From Promethearchaeota archaeon (lineage in GTDB: Archaea > Asgardarchaeota > Lokiarchaeia > Sigyniarchaeales > SOKP01), in assembly GCA_004375715.1 (NCBI GenBank), contig SOKP01000253.1:16573-80572 (forward strand): a stretch of DNA of 64,000 nt, given 5' to 3'. The position numbers were made by a program, and so were the translations under genes. The notes below the pieces were generated by a model. That model was not told the DNA's origin. It did no database searches and saw only the letters and a program-made list of their open reading frames with translations. Positions 18,167-27,360 of this stretch are shown here, one piece after another (the first letter of the stretch is position 1; each line of letters opens with the position of its first letter).

Positions 18167-19879
18167 TTGGAAGATAAAAAGAATGTTATAAGTGGTGGCG
18201 ATGTTCTTATCAAATCCTTACTTAAAGAAGATGTCAAATACTTATTTGGGATCATTGGTGGTCAGTTTTTAACTATGTTTGATGCAGTATACAAGTGGGG
18301 GCGCGAAAAGGGCATTAACACAATTATGTTTCGACACGAACAAGCAGCAGCACACGCAGCTGACGCTTGGGCAAGAGTAACTAATAAGCCGGGTATTTGT
18401 TTCGGAACTGTTGGTCCTGGTGCGACACAACTCGTTCCAGGTGTTGGTGCAGCATGGAGTGATAATATACCCCTGATAGTTATAGTACCTCAAGTGAATA
18501 GTAAATTTGCTGATTCTTTCACTCTGCAGGGAAATCTTGATCAAGTTACTATGTTTAAACCAATTACTAAGTATCAGAAATCTATTCGCACGATAGAAGA
18601 AATTCCAGATGCGGTCCAAAAAGTTTTTCGAGAGGCTACCAGTGGGCGACCAAGACCTGTGTTGTTAGAGATTTACGAAGATGCATTTCTCAGTCAGAAA
18701 GAAGAGAGTGAAATTCTCATAATGTCTCCCGACCAGTATCGTTGTATTGAGAAACCAGCTGTGAGTAATGAATTAATCCAAAAATCATTAGATTTGTTGT
18801 TAAAAGCTGAAAAGCCGTTAATCGTCTCTGGAGGTGGAGTTTCGAGGTCTGAAGGATGGGAAGAACTTCAAGAATTTGCTGAATATTTAAAAATTCCCGT
18901 TATGACAAGTATTATGGGTGTTGGAACCATCTCAAGTAAGTCAGAAAGTTTTATCGGAACAACAATAAATGGTCCGGGTTTAAAGGCAGGTCCCGAAGCA
19001 GATGTAGTTCTTGCTCTCGGATGTAAATTTTCGTATATCATGGGTCATGGACAAGAACCTTTTTGGAAAAATTCTCAAAAAATGATACAGGTAGATATTG
19101 ATCCGGGAATAATTGGAAGAGCCAAACCTATTACTTTAGGTGTGATAAGCGATTGCAGACAATTTTTAAAACAAATTCTCGAAATGGCTAAAAAGACTCA
19201 AAAAGTTGAAAAAAGCCCTTGGTTAGATGAACTCGTAGCTTTGAGAAAAACACAGATGGCTGGAATGATGAAAAAAGCAACAAAAGATAAAATCCCAATT
19301 TTGCCTCAAAGATTAGTCAAGGATGTCTTAGAATTCATGGATGAGGATGCGATATTCATTAACGACGGCGGGGACATAGCTTGTTATTCTATAGAGCAAA
19401 TAGATTATTATAAACCAAGACCACCGCTCTCATTCTTGCAGGCTGTTGGGATGGGACACCTGGGGACTTCAGTAGGGTACGGAATTGGAGCTAAGCTAGC
19501 AAAACCGGATAAACAAGTAATTTCAATATCCGGTGATGGCAGTTTTATGATGAATATTCAAGATTTAGAAACTGCTGTAAGATTAGGTCTAAGCAATCTA
19601 ATCTTTGTGATAGCAAATAATAGTGCTTGGGGAATGCTCAAATCAGGTCAAAAATTATTCGTAGATAAGCATTATATCGATGTAGAATTGCCCAACTTTG
19701 ATTTTGCCAAATGTGCTGAAGGATTTGGGTGTTATGGTGAGGTAGTGACAGATCCAAATGATATTAAACCGGCACTTGAAAGAGCTAAAAATTCCGGAAA
19801 ACCAGCAGTGATCGATGTTAAAACAGCTTGGACAATCCCAGATGCAACGAAACTTTTAGGAAGCATGGGAATACTTTAA
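18167..19879 (+). CDS. Thiamine-diphosphate-dependent enzyme (acetolactate synthase large subunit / 2-hydroxyacyl-CoA lyase superfamily)
   Basis: FRHEQAAAHAADAWARVTNKPGICFGTVGPGATQL in the N-terminal Pyr domain, and the TPP motif GDGSFMMNIQDLETAVRLGLSNLIFVIANNSAWG. TTG start. The subfamily cannot be resolved by eye. Confidence 0.85.
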   Translation: MEDKKNVISGGDVLIKSLLKEDVKYLFGIIGGQFLTMFDAVYKWGREKGINTIMFRHEQAAAHAADAWARVTNKPGICFGTVGPGATQLVPGVGAAWSDNIPLIVIVPQVNSKFADSFTLQGNLDQVTMFKPITKYQKSIRTIEEIPDAVQKVFREATSGRPRPVLLEIYEDAFLSQKEESEILIMSPDQYRCIEKPAVSNELIQKSLDLLLKAEKPLIVSGGGVSRSEGWEELQEFAEYLKIPVMTSIMGVGTISSKSESFIGTTINGPGLKAGPEADVVLALGCKFSYIMGHGQEPFWKNSQKMIQVDIDPGIIGRAKPITLGVISDCRQFLKQILEMAKKTQKVEKSPWLDELVALRKTQMAGMMKKATKDKIPILPQRLVKDVLEFMDEDAIFINDGGDIACYSIEQIDYYKPRPPLSFLQAVGMGHLGTSVGYGIGAKLAKPDKQVISISGDGSFMMNIQDLETAVRLGLSNLIFVIANNSAWGMLKSGQKLFVDKHYIDVELPNFDFAKCAEGFGCYGEVVTDPNDIKPALERAKNSGKPAVIDVKTAWTIPDATKLLGSMGIL

Positions 19880-19894
19880 TTATGGTGTATTATC

Positions 19895-20911
19895 GTGAAA
19901 GTTGCTATATTTGAGGGTAAAGAACAAATAGTAATTAAAGACGGTGTTAAACCTGAAATAAAATCGGATGAAGTATTAATTCAGGTTAAAAAAGTTGGAA
20001 TATGTGGATCAGATGTTGGATCCTATGAATCTGGAGGTCCATACTTACCTGGAAAAATAATTGGTCATGAATTTTCGGGAGAATTAGTTGAGATCGGTGA
20101 ATATGTCAAAAAATTAAAGGAAGGAATGAGGGTTACTGTCAATCCTCAAATTCCCTGCCATGAATGTTATTATTGCCTCCACGCTCAAGAGAACATGTGT
20201 AAACTCCAGAACTATTCATTGGGTACTACTGAAGATGGTGCTATGAGAGAATTTCTTAATGTTAAGGCAGAAAGAGTTCATGTTTTACCAGATAATGTAA
20301 CTTTTGAGGAAGGTGCTACAGTTGAACCACTCTCAGTAGCTGTTTATGCTGTAGAACAATCAGGATTTCAATTAGGTCAAAACGCAGCTATTATAGGCGC
20401 TGGACCTATAGGGTTGATGATAATTCAGGTATTAAGAAGCGCAGGTGCGAATAAAATTTATGTAATTGAGCCCGTAGAATCAAAACAAAAAATTGCTTTG
20501 GAAGTCGGGGCTGATAAAGTATTTTTGCCAAAAGCTTGGAATAAGATTGTTAGACTTACAGGTAAGTTGGGCCCAGATCATGTTTATGAATGTGTAGGTT
20601 TATCATCTACTTTCACTACATCATTACAATTAATAAAAAAAGGTGGAAATATTACCTTAATTGGCATGCATGCGAAAACACTTGAAATCAACAATATATT
20701 GCTAATGACAACTAATAACATTTCAGTAAGGGGAGTTTATGGATATAATCATGATATCTTCAAAACGGCCATAAATCTATATGCTCAGAAAAAGATAACT
20801 GTTGATCCGCTGATAACCAAGAGAATAAGATTGGAACAAGTTCCTGAGATGTTCAAAGTTTTAGGAAATCCTCCTCATGACGAATTAAAAGTAATTGTCG
20901 ATTTTGAATAA
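19895..20911 (+). CDS. Zinc-dependent alcohol/polyol dehydrogenase (MDR family)
   Basis: GICGSDV and GHEFSG catalytic-zinc ligands, the structural-zinc cluster CHECYYCLHAQENMC, and Rossmann IIGAGPIGL. It starts 15 nt after the TPP enzyme gene. Confidence 0.85.
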   Translation: MKVAIFEGKEQIVIKDGVKPEIKSDEVLIQVKKVGICGSDVGSYESGGPYLPGKIIGHEFSGELVEIGEYVKKLKEGMRVTVNPQIPCHECYYCLHAQENMCKLQNYSLGTTEDGAMREFLNVKAERVHVLPDNVTFEEGATVEPLSVAVYAVEQSGFQLGQNAAIIGAGPIGLMIIQVLRSAGANKIYVIEPVESKQKIALEVGADKVFLPKAWNKIVRLTGKLGPDHVYECVGLSSTFTTSLQLIKKGGNITLIGMHAKTLEINNILLMTTNNISVRGVYGYNHDIFKTAINLYAQKKITVDPLITKRIRLEQVPEMFKVLGNPPHDELKVIVDFE

Positions 20912-21057
20912 GTAGTAATTACAATTTTTTTTCTTTCTATAAATAGTATAACTTTATTGGGTTATAACCTAATGTCCATTCTAAACAAATTTAATTTCAT
21001 GAATTTGGTAAATATTTATAAATCCATGTAACAATAAATAAGATATTCACCAATTTT

Positions 21058-22821
21058 GTGAATAAAAATTACGAGGTTAATCTAATGGTAGATAAAACGA
21101 GTCCATATGATGCGAAAATATGGACAAAATCCTATGATGAACATGTTAAACCCAATTTAGAATATCCTAAAGGGAGCCTTGGTAAAATTTTTGATGATGC
21201 TATGAAAAAATATCCTGAAAGAATTGCTTGCTACTTTATGAAGCGGGATATGCCTTTCAAAGAATTGAGGGAATATACACACCGATTTGCGACCTTTTTA
21301 CAGCAAAATGGTTTAAAAAAAGGAGATCGCGTTGCTATAAATCTCGCTAACTGTCCTCAATATTTGGCTGCACACTTTGGAACAATTTTAGCGGGCGGAG
21401 TAGCATCGGGGTGTTCACCGCTTTTAAGCCCAACTGAAATTGCTTACCAAATAAACGATAGTGAAGCTAAATTTTTTGTTACTTTGGATAAAGTATATGA
21501 GAAAGTATTAATGAAAGTAATAGATAAGTTGCCAAATCTTAAATGCGTAATTACGACTAACATTTCTGATTACATGGGGCTTTCGAAACCTTTAGTATTT
21601 CTTGGTAAACTACTAGGTAAAATACCAAAAGGAAAAGTTGAACCTTATTCCGGAAAATTAATTATAGATTTCAAGGATGTGATGGAAACATCCATCGATT
21701 TACAGGATGTAGATATAGATGTGAAAAATGATCTTGCCCTACTTCAATATACCGGCGGAACTACAGGGTTACCTAAAGGTACAGAACTTACTCATGCTAA
21801 CGTAATTACTAACATAGTTCAAGTAGCAACCTGGTTAGATAGAAGGGAAGCAAAGGAAGGCGAAATCAATTTATCTGCTTTTCCACTCTTTCATTTAGCT
21901 GGTTTAGCTATGAGTATGATCACTTTATATACTTCTGGAGGTCAAATTCTAATCGCAGACCCTAGAGATACAGATCATATTATTGAAGAAATGATCGAAA
22001 AAAACCCAAAAATAATTGTGAACGTCCCAACCTTATTTTTATCAATGATGAACAACCCAAAATTAAAGGACGTACCAAAATCTACATTCAATAATATAGA
22101 TATGTATGTTTCTGGGGCGGCGCCTTTTCCCGCAGAAGCAATTAGGGATTTCGAAGAATCTATGCTTGGTACTAATAAGGTTTTAGAAGTTTATGGAATG
22201 ACTGAGACAAGTCCAATTCTCACTATGAATCCTTTTAAAGGGAAGAAGAAAGTCGGAACTGTAGGTTTACCCGTACCTGACACTGAGCTGAGACTTGTAG
22301 ATATTGAAACTGGAAAACAGGTAGAACTTGGACAACCAGGAGAAATTATTTGTAAAGGTCCTCAAGTTACAAGAGGTTACTTTAACAAGCCAGATGCAAA
22401 CGCAAAGACTATTATCGATGGATGGCTTCATACTGGTGATGTTGGTGTTATGGATGAGGATGGCTTCATAACGATTGTGGATCGAACTAAAGATATGTTA
22501 ATCGTAAGTGGGTATAAGGTTTATAGCGTTCATGTAGAAGATGTAATGACAAAACATCCAGATATAGAATTAGTAGCAATCATAGGTTTAAAAGATCCAG
22601 ACCGCCCTGGGAGCGAAATTGTTAAAGCAGTCGTTCAACTTAAGGAAGGAGTTCAACCAACTGAAAAAGTGCAAGAAAACTTAAAAAATTATACTGCTGA
22701 ACATCTCTCGAAATATGAAAATCCAAAACAATGGGAATTTAGAGAATCGCTTCCCCTAACAGCAGTAGGAAAGGTATTAAAAAGGGCTCTCCGAGAAGAA
22801 GAGATAAAAAGGAATAAATAA
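21058..22821 (+). CDS. Acyl-CoA ligase (AMP-forming, long/medium-chain type)
   Basis: AMP-binding motif LQYTGGTTGLPKG, plus GYFNKPDA...WLHTGDVG and IVDRTKDMLIVSGYKV. The start is possibly the ATG at 21085. Confidence 0.85.
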   Translation: MNKNYEVNLMVDKTSPYDAKIWTKSYDEHVKPNLEYPKGSLGKIFDDAMKKYPERIACYFMKRDMPFKELREYTHRFATFLQQNGLKKGDRVAINLANCPQYLAAHFGTILAGGVASGCSPLLSPTEIAYQINDSEAKFFVTLDKVYEKVLMKVIDKLPNLKCVITTNISDYMGLSKPLVFLGKLLGKIPKGKVEPYSGKLIIDFKDVMETSIDLQDVDIDVKNDLALLQYTGGTTGLPKGTELTHANVITNIVQVATWLDRREAKEGEINLSAFPLFHLAGLAMSMITLYTSGGQILIADPRDTDHIIEEMIEKNPKIIVNVPTLFLSMMNNPKLKDVPKSTFNNIDMYVSGAAPFPAEAIRDFEESMLGTNKVLEVYGMTETSPILTMNPFKGKKKVGTVGLPVPDTELRLVDIETGKQVELGQPGEIICKGPQVTRGYFNKPDANAKTIIDGWLHTGDVGVMDEDGFITIVDRTKDMLIVSGYKVYSVHVEDVMTKHPDIELVAIIGLKDPDRPGSEIVKAVVQLKEGVQPTEKVQENLKNYTAEHLSKYENPKQWEFRESLPLTAVGKVLKRALREEEIKRNK

Positions 22822-22825
22822 TTAA

Positions 22826-22835
22826 TTTTTTTTTT
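22826..22835 (+). terminator. Oligo-T tract (T10) after the acyl-CoA ligase gene
   Basis: T10 begins 5 nt after the stop at 22821. Confidence 0.35.
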
Positions 22836-22910
22836 CTCATTTTATAAACTTATTTTAAGGATTTTATCAAATACTATTCATAAATATAAATTTATTTCTA
22901 AATCAAAGAG

Positions 22911-24200
22911 TTGATAAAATTGGTTATTAAAAAAGGACAAGTTCAATGTATTAACGATGAAATTCTCGAAAAACTCTCGTTAAAAACCCGTAACAAGTTT
23001 TTAAATTACAATTTGATGAGTTTTTTAAAACCGAAGCACTTCAATTTCCTTAAACAAGCCCAAAAGTTTTTCGTAAAATTTGAAAAGGACAAAAACATAA
23101 CCCATAACGAAGATTTCTACGAATGGATACCCGAAATTGGCAAAAACGGGTATATTACTCGAATGCACAAATTTGATAATATTGGGTTAAACTTCGAGCC
23201 TTACGGGATGACTACTGAATTTATGAGAGTTTTAGCTATGGATTTCTTTGATCCACAGCTAACGATGGGCGCTGGAGCTACAGTTTTAGCCGTCAATCCA
23301 TTAATGCTTCATCATGAAAATGTTGATATTCGACTAAGAGCGTTAAAAGAACTAGTAATGGGAGAAAAAATAGGTTGTATATGTATTACTGAACCAGAAA
23401 GAGGTTCTGATGCAGTACATATGCTTACTACCTGTGAAGAACAAGGAGATGGCAGTTATATTCTCAATGGGGAAAAAATATATCAAACTAATGGTAGCAA
23501 AGCAGATTGGGCAGTAGTTTATGCTGTTACCGAAAAAAATAACGGGAACACGATGGCTCAATTTTTAGTTGATACTTCTTGGGATGGTTGGTCTCATGAG
23601 CGAGTAAACATTCCATGGACTCCGAGAATACACATAGGTAAAGAAACAATGGCAAATCTAAAAGTTCCATCTGAATGCGTACTAGGTAAACCCGGAGAAG
23701 GTAGATCACATTTATTCGAGGGGCTTAATCTAGAACGTTTGGGTATTGTTTGTTTAAATTTAGCTGAAGCATGGAACGCAGTCACTCACGCAGTAATATA
23801 CGCTAACATGAGAAAACAGTTTGATAAAGAAATCCTAAAATATCAAGGAGTGGGATTTCCTCTTTCTGACTTATGGGCACAAACAATGAGTATGACTTTA
23901 GCGTGCTTAAATATTTGTCAAACGATTGATGATAAGATGGAGCAATTAGGTACATTACCAAAAGAATTTAACTTAGCACTGGCCGCAACTGCATCCCAAA
24001 TGAAATTTCTTAGCACAAAACTATGTGAGCGAGTGGTTTATGAATGTGCTAATCTTATGGGCGGAGCTGGAGTCTGTGATAATACATTAATGCATGATCT
24101 TTTAGGAATTACTCGGATTCAAGAGATAGGTGGTGGAACAAGACAAATGCAGCAGTACATTATGAGTTTAAGTCTCAGAGCCTTATTTAAACTGCTGTAG
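22911..24200 (+). CDS. Acyl-CoA dehydrogenase family protein
   Basis: CICITEPERGSDA, YILNGEKIYQTNGS, GLNLERLG and RIQEIGGGTRQMQ match ACAD architecture. The likely true start is the ATG at 23016 (MSFLKPKHF...). Confidence 0.8.
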   Translation: MIKLVIKKGQVQCINDEILEKLSLKTRNKFLNYNLMSFLKPKHFNFLKQAQKFFVKFEKDKNITHNEDFYEWIPEIGKNGYITRMHKFDNIGLNFEPYGMTTEFMRVLAMDFFDPQLTMGAGATVLAVNPLMLHHENVDIRLRALKELVMGEKIGCICITEPERGSDAVHMLTTCEEQGDGSYILNGEKIYQTNGSKADWAVVYAVTEKNNGNTMAQFLVDTSWDGWSHERVNIPWTPRIHIGKETMANLKVPSECVLGKPGEGRSHLFEGLNLERLGIVCLNLAEAWNAVTHAVIYANMRKQFDKEILKYQGVGFPLSDLWAQTMSMTLACLNICQTIDDKMEQLGTLPKEFNLALAATASQMKFLSTKLCERVVYECANLMGGAGVCDNTLMHDLLGITRIQEIGGGTRQMQQYIMSLSLRALFKLL

Positions 24201-24248
24201 CGTCCCATTTCATCATTTCAATAGCAATAAATTTTATAATTTATAAGA

Positions 24249-24259
24249 TTTTTTTTTTT
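24249..24259 (+). terminator. Oligo-T tract (T11) downstream of the ACAD gene
   Basis: T11 lies 49 nt after the stop at 24200, at the end of the co-directional 18.2-24.2 kb gene string. Confidence 0.35.
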
Positions 24260-24621
24260 AACATTGATATTTTTTAACATGGTAAAATTTTCAACTTTAA
24301 TTTATGGTTTTTTCCCTATAAAATTTAACAAAGAAGAGCTACTTGTTGAAACAGCTTTTTTGGTAAATAGAAAATCTGGTACGCCATAAATACTCCTTAC
24401 TTGTTGTTCAAACTGAGATATTATGAACTTCTGGATATAAATATCTGCTCCAGCTCTTTGGTAGAAATGATAAGGAATAGTAATCAAGATTACAAAGTAT
24501 GAACTTGCCATTTTTCATCCTTGGAATTAGTCTTACCCTTGGATTTAGTATTGGGATTTTATATGTGTATTTTTCTGTAAAAAAGATTAAGACTAAAGAA
24601 ATAGATAAATAAATAAAAAAG

Positions 24622-25269
24622 TTATTGAGCAATAGACCAGACAATAAAAAGAACAAGAAGACAAAATGAAAGTATAAATAATAAAATAATAACAACTTTA
24701 AGGTAATTTTCCTCAGTCTTTTTTGCACTTGGGTGCTTAGATGGTATTATTCGGCTATTTAAATCGAATTTATTTAACGAAGTAAAGGATTCTAAAAAAT
24801 TATTCAATTGTTGCGCATAATCAACCGTAAATGGAGAGTCTCTTAGGGTTGAAAGATATTTTGGTTTTTGAGAAATAAATTCAAGGGCTAAAAAATTATA
24901 ATCTCCCGCTATAAAATCAATTACTTGCGTGTGAGGAATATTACGGATGAAAACATTAAACCTTTTGATATCTTGCAATTTAAATGATCTCCGGTAGATA
25001 CGTAATTTAGACCAAAATCTCTCATAAATTAAAATATTGTCAGCATTATCAATCTTAAAAATCAATTCAATATTTTTACATAATAAACCAAGAATAAAAG
25101 TTATGGTCACTAATGATCCCACAATTATATAATACCAAAACTCATGTCGTAAAAAAAAAGGAGGAAATACCAACATAATCATTGGTAGTAAAGACAATAG
25201 TAATATTACATACCAATATGTTTTAAGATGTATTTTTATTATTGGAAGATCCTCTTTTGATGAATCCAT
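24622..25269 (-). CDS. Hypothetical membrane protein
   Basis: 215 aa with two N-terminal TM segments, a soluble middle part and one C-terminal TM segment. No family recognised. Confidence 0.4.
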   Translation of the reverse strand: MDSSKEDLPIIKIHLKTYWYVILLLSLLPMIMLVFPPFFLRHEFWYYIIVGSLVTITFILGLLCKNIELIFKIDNADNILIYERFWSKLRIYRRSFKLQDIKRFNVFIRNIPHTQVIDFIAGDYNFLALEFISQKPKYLSTLRDSPFTVDYAQQLNNFLESFTSLNKFDLNSRIIPSKHPSAKKTEENYLKVVIILLFILSFCLLVLFIVWSIAQ

Positions 25270-25441
25270 ATTGAAGTCATTTTTGTCAATATTATTATCT
25301 TTCCTTAGATAAGTTTGCTCTGCATTTCTGACATTTAATTTTTTCTATTATTTCACTCATTTTATTTATCCTCTATGGTTTGGAATATCTTAGATATTTT
25401 TCTAATTATTATAAATAAGAGGAAAATATTCTTATACGAAA

Positions 25442-25660
25442 ATGTCATATAAATATCTGAATATGTCTTTAGAAAAAAAAATTTGGATTTTCTTAGGAGC
25501 TATTAGTTCCATAATTGGCTTTCTTGTTTTGTTATTATTAAATGTGACATTTGGAACTTATTCTGTCACAACTCCTTTATTTGCGCTTGTATATTCGCTT
25601 GCATACTTCATCACCTGGTCGCTTGTAGGACCTTACTTATTTCAGAAAAAAAATTTATGA
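25442..25660 (+). CDS. Hypothetical small membrane protein
   Basis: 72 aa with two hydrophobic helices and no recognisable RBS. Coding status is uncertain. Confidence 0.3.
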   Translation: MSYKYLNMSLEKKIWIFLGAISSIIGFLVLLLLNVTFGTYSVTTPLFALVYSLAYFITWSLVGPYLFQKKNL

Positions 25661-25802
25661 ATGATAATGAAGAGAATTCAAATAAATGATATTTATTTAA
25701 AATTTTTGGCGTAGGCTTATACTTAATAGTAATTAGTCGTTTTAAAATATTTGTTGTGTATAGCTTATTAAAAATAAAACATAAAATAAAGGAGGTTAGG
25801 AA

Positions 25803-25997
25803 ATGAAACATAATAAAAAAGTTTCTTTGGTTGGATTTGTAGCTCTTCCAACTGCTATCATTCTGGGGTTGATTTTCGATTTAATATTAGAAAGAGATCT
25901 ACTAGAGGGTCTTATTTTCTCAATATCATTTGGATTAGTATTTTCTATTACTTGGATGGTGATTACTACTATCAGGAATAGAAAAAAAGAAAATTAA
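25803..25997 (+). CDS. Hypothetical small membrane protein with a strong Shine-Dalgarno site
   Basis: 64 aa with two TM helices. AAGGAGGT sits about 6 nt upstream of the ATG. Confidence 0.4.
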   Translation: MKHNKKVSLVGFVALPTAIILGLIFDLILERDLLEGLIFSISFGLVFSITWMVITTIRNRKKEN

Positions 25998-26143
25998 ATT
26001 TTTATTATCAATGATTTTACTTTTTAAAGTTTTTTCTTTAACATAAAGCATCTCAGCTAAATCTTCGTTGGATTTAGTATTTAATACTTTATTTCGTTTC
26101 AATACTAATTTCTTTCTTTGCTAATGTTAAGACGTATCGATTT

Positions 26144-26449
26144 TTATTCTTCAATTTGATGGATGACATTTAATCCACCACTTTTAAATACAATAATATC
26201 TTGCGTTTTGTATTTATAATCTGCATCCATTTTTCGCACGAAAACATCTGTATTCGGTTTGATCCCAAGAACTCTAAATGCTATTAATCTTTTTACATTA
26301 TATTTAGCTTTTTCAAAGGAATTTTCTATGAAATCAGACTCTGAATTTACCTTTCCATATGAGATATTATTATTTATTTCTGGAAAATCAGGTATTTTTA
26401 ATTGTAGAATTCTGCTTTTGTTGAAAACAATTATAAATAAGTAAATCAA
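26144..26449 (-). CDS. Hypothetical protein (possibly a gene fragment)
   Basis: 101-aa ORF. The C-terminal DIIVFKSGGLNVIHQI faintly recalls signal-peptidase-type beta strands, but no catalytic motif is present. Confidence 0.25.
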   Translation of the reverse strand: MIYLFIIVFNKSRILQLKIPDFPEINNNISYGKVNSESDFIENSFEKAKYNVKRLIAFRVLGIKPNTDVFVRKMDADYKYKTQDIIVFKSGGLNVIHQIEE

Positions 26450-26489
26450 ACTCTGTATATATTCAAATTAAGGTATTTGAGTTTTAATT

Positions 26490-27317
26490 ATGAAAGTCGA
26501 AGATTTTCAAGATATTCTTTATGAGAAAGAAGAAAACGGGATTTGCACTATTACTTTTAATAGACCTGAAAGAAGAAATGCTCTATCATATGTAACCTTT
26601 TTAGAAATACGTACAGCATTAGATGATATGGAAAAAGATAAGAATGCTCGTGTTTTAATTATGACAGGCTCTCAGGAGGGTAGAGCATTTTCCTCGGGAG
26701 GATATTTTAACATGAAAATGGTGACTCAAATCCCCAAGGAGATAATGAAGGATATTGATTTGCTGGATATCGCTCAAAAAAAAACTTGCATGAAATTTTG
26801 GAATTTTAATAAACCTGTGATTGCCGCTATAAATGGGTTAGCTTTAGGGGCCGGTTTTACTATGCCTTTGGCAGGTGCTGATTTAATCTATATGGCTGAT
26901 GATCTTGAAACTTACTTAGGATTAATATTTGTTAAACGTGCAATAATACCTGAGTTTGGACTTTCTTTCTTACTTCCGTTTTATGTTGGATTTCAGAAAG
27001 CTAAGGAAATATTATACTTTGGCGAAAAAATCTATGCTAAAGAAGCCGAAAAATTAGGATTGATTAATAAATCAGTACCTCCTGAAGAATTGATGGCTGT
27101 TGTAAGAGAAAAAGCCTTAGGATTAATACCACCAAAAGGACCAAGTACTGCTTTAAAATTAATGAAGAAGACTATGCATGCCTACTTCAGAGACATATTA
27201 TCAACCACCCTAGATAAAGAAAATGAAGCTCTTCAAGCAGCATTTAAAACACACGATTTTAGGGAATCTACAAAGTCTTTAAGAGAAAAACGAGATCCCA
27301 CTTTTAAAGGAAAATGA
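26490..27317 (+). CDS. Enoyl-CoA hydratase/isomerase (crotonase) family protein
   Basis: ITFNRPERRNAL, FSSGGYF and KPVIAAINGLALGAGFTM are crotonase core motifs. Confidence 0.85.
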   Translation: MKVEDFQDILYEKEENGICTITFNRPERRNALSYVTFLEIRTALDDMEKDKNARVLIMTGSQEGRAFSSGGYFNMKMVTQIPKEIMKDIDLLDIAQKKTCMKFWNFNKPVIAAINGLALGAGFTMPLAGADLIYMADDLETYLGLIFVKRAIIPEFGLSFLLPFYVGFQKAKEILYFGEKIYAKEAEKLGLINKSVPPEELMAVVREKALGLIPPKGPSTALKLMKKTMHAYFRDILSTTLDKENEALQAAFKTHDFRESTKSLREKRDPTFKGK

Positions 27318-27360
27318 ATTTAATTAATATCACTACAAAGTAAGGATAATTTTAAATAAA

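Noticed and set aside
18269-18619. Antisense or alternate-frame ORFs from the track lying inside well-supported genes. Examples are 425..607, 1459..1704, 2493..2684, 2808..3047, 9557..9859, 18269..18619, 23352..23785, 36163..36608, 43717..46206, 50319..50657, 52711..53028, 56253..56579, 58866..59144 and 63113..63295.
   Set aside because: Each lies entirely within a longer ORF that has clear family motifs on the other strand or frame. Their translations are low-complexity and motif-free.
24302-24728. Two overlapping minus-strand ORFs (24302..24511 and 24408..24728).
   Set aside because: They are low-complexity, AT-driven frames that overlap each other and the 3' end of 24622..25269. They have no motif, RBS or family resemblance.
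25998-26143. A minus-strand fragment resembling a LuxR/sigma-70 region-4 HTH (KSNEDLAEMLYVKEKTLKSKI).
   Set aside because: It has no start codon, is bounded by a stop just upstream, spans only about 55 codons, and partly overlaps the 25803..25997 ORF. At best it is a gene remnant, so it is mentioned only under the gene-poor patch.
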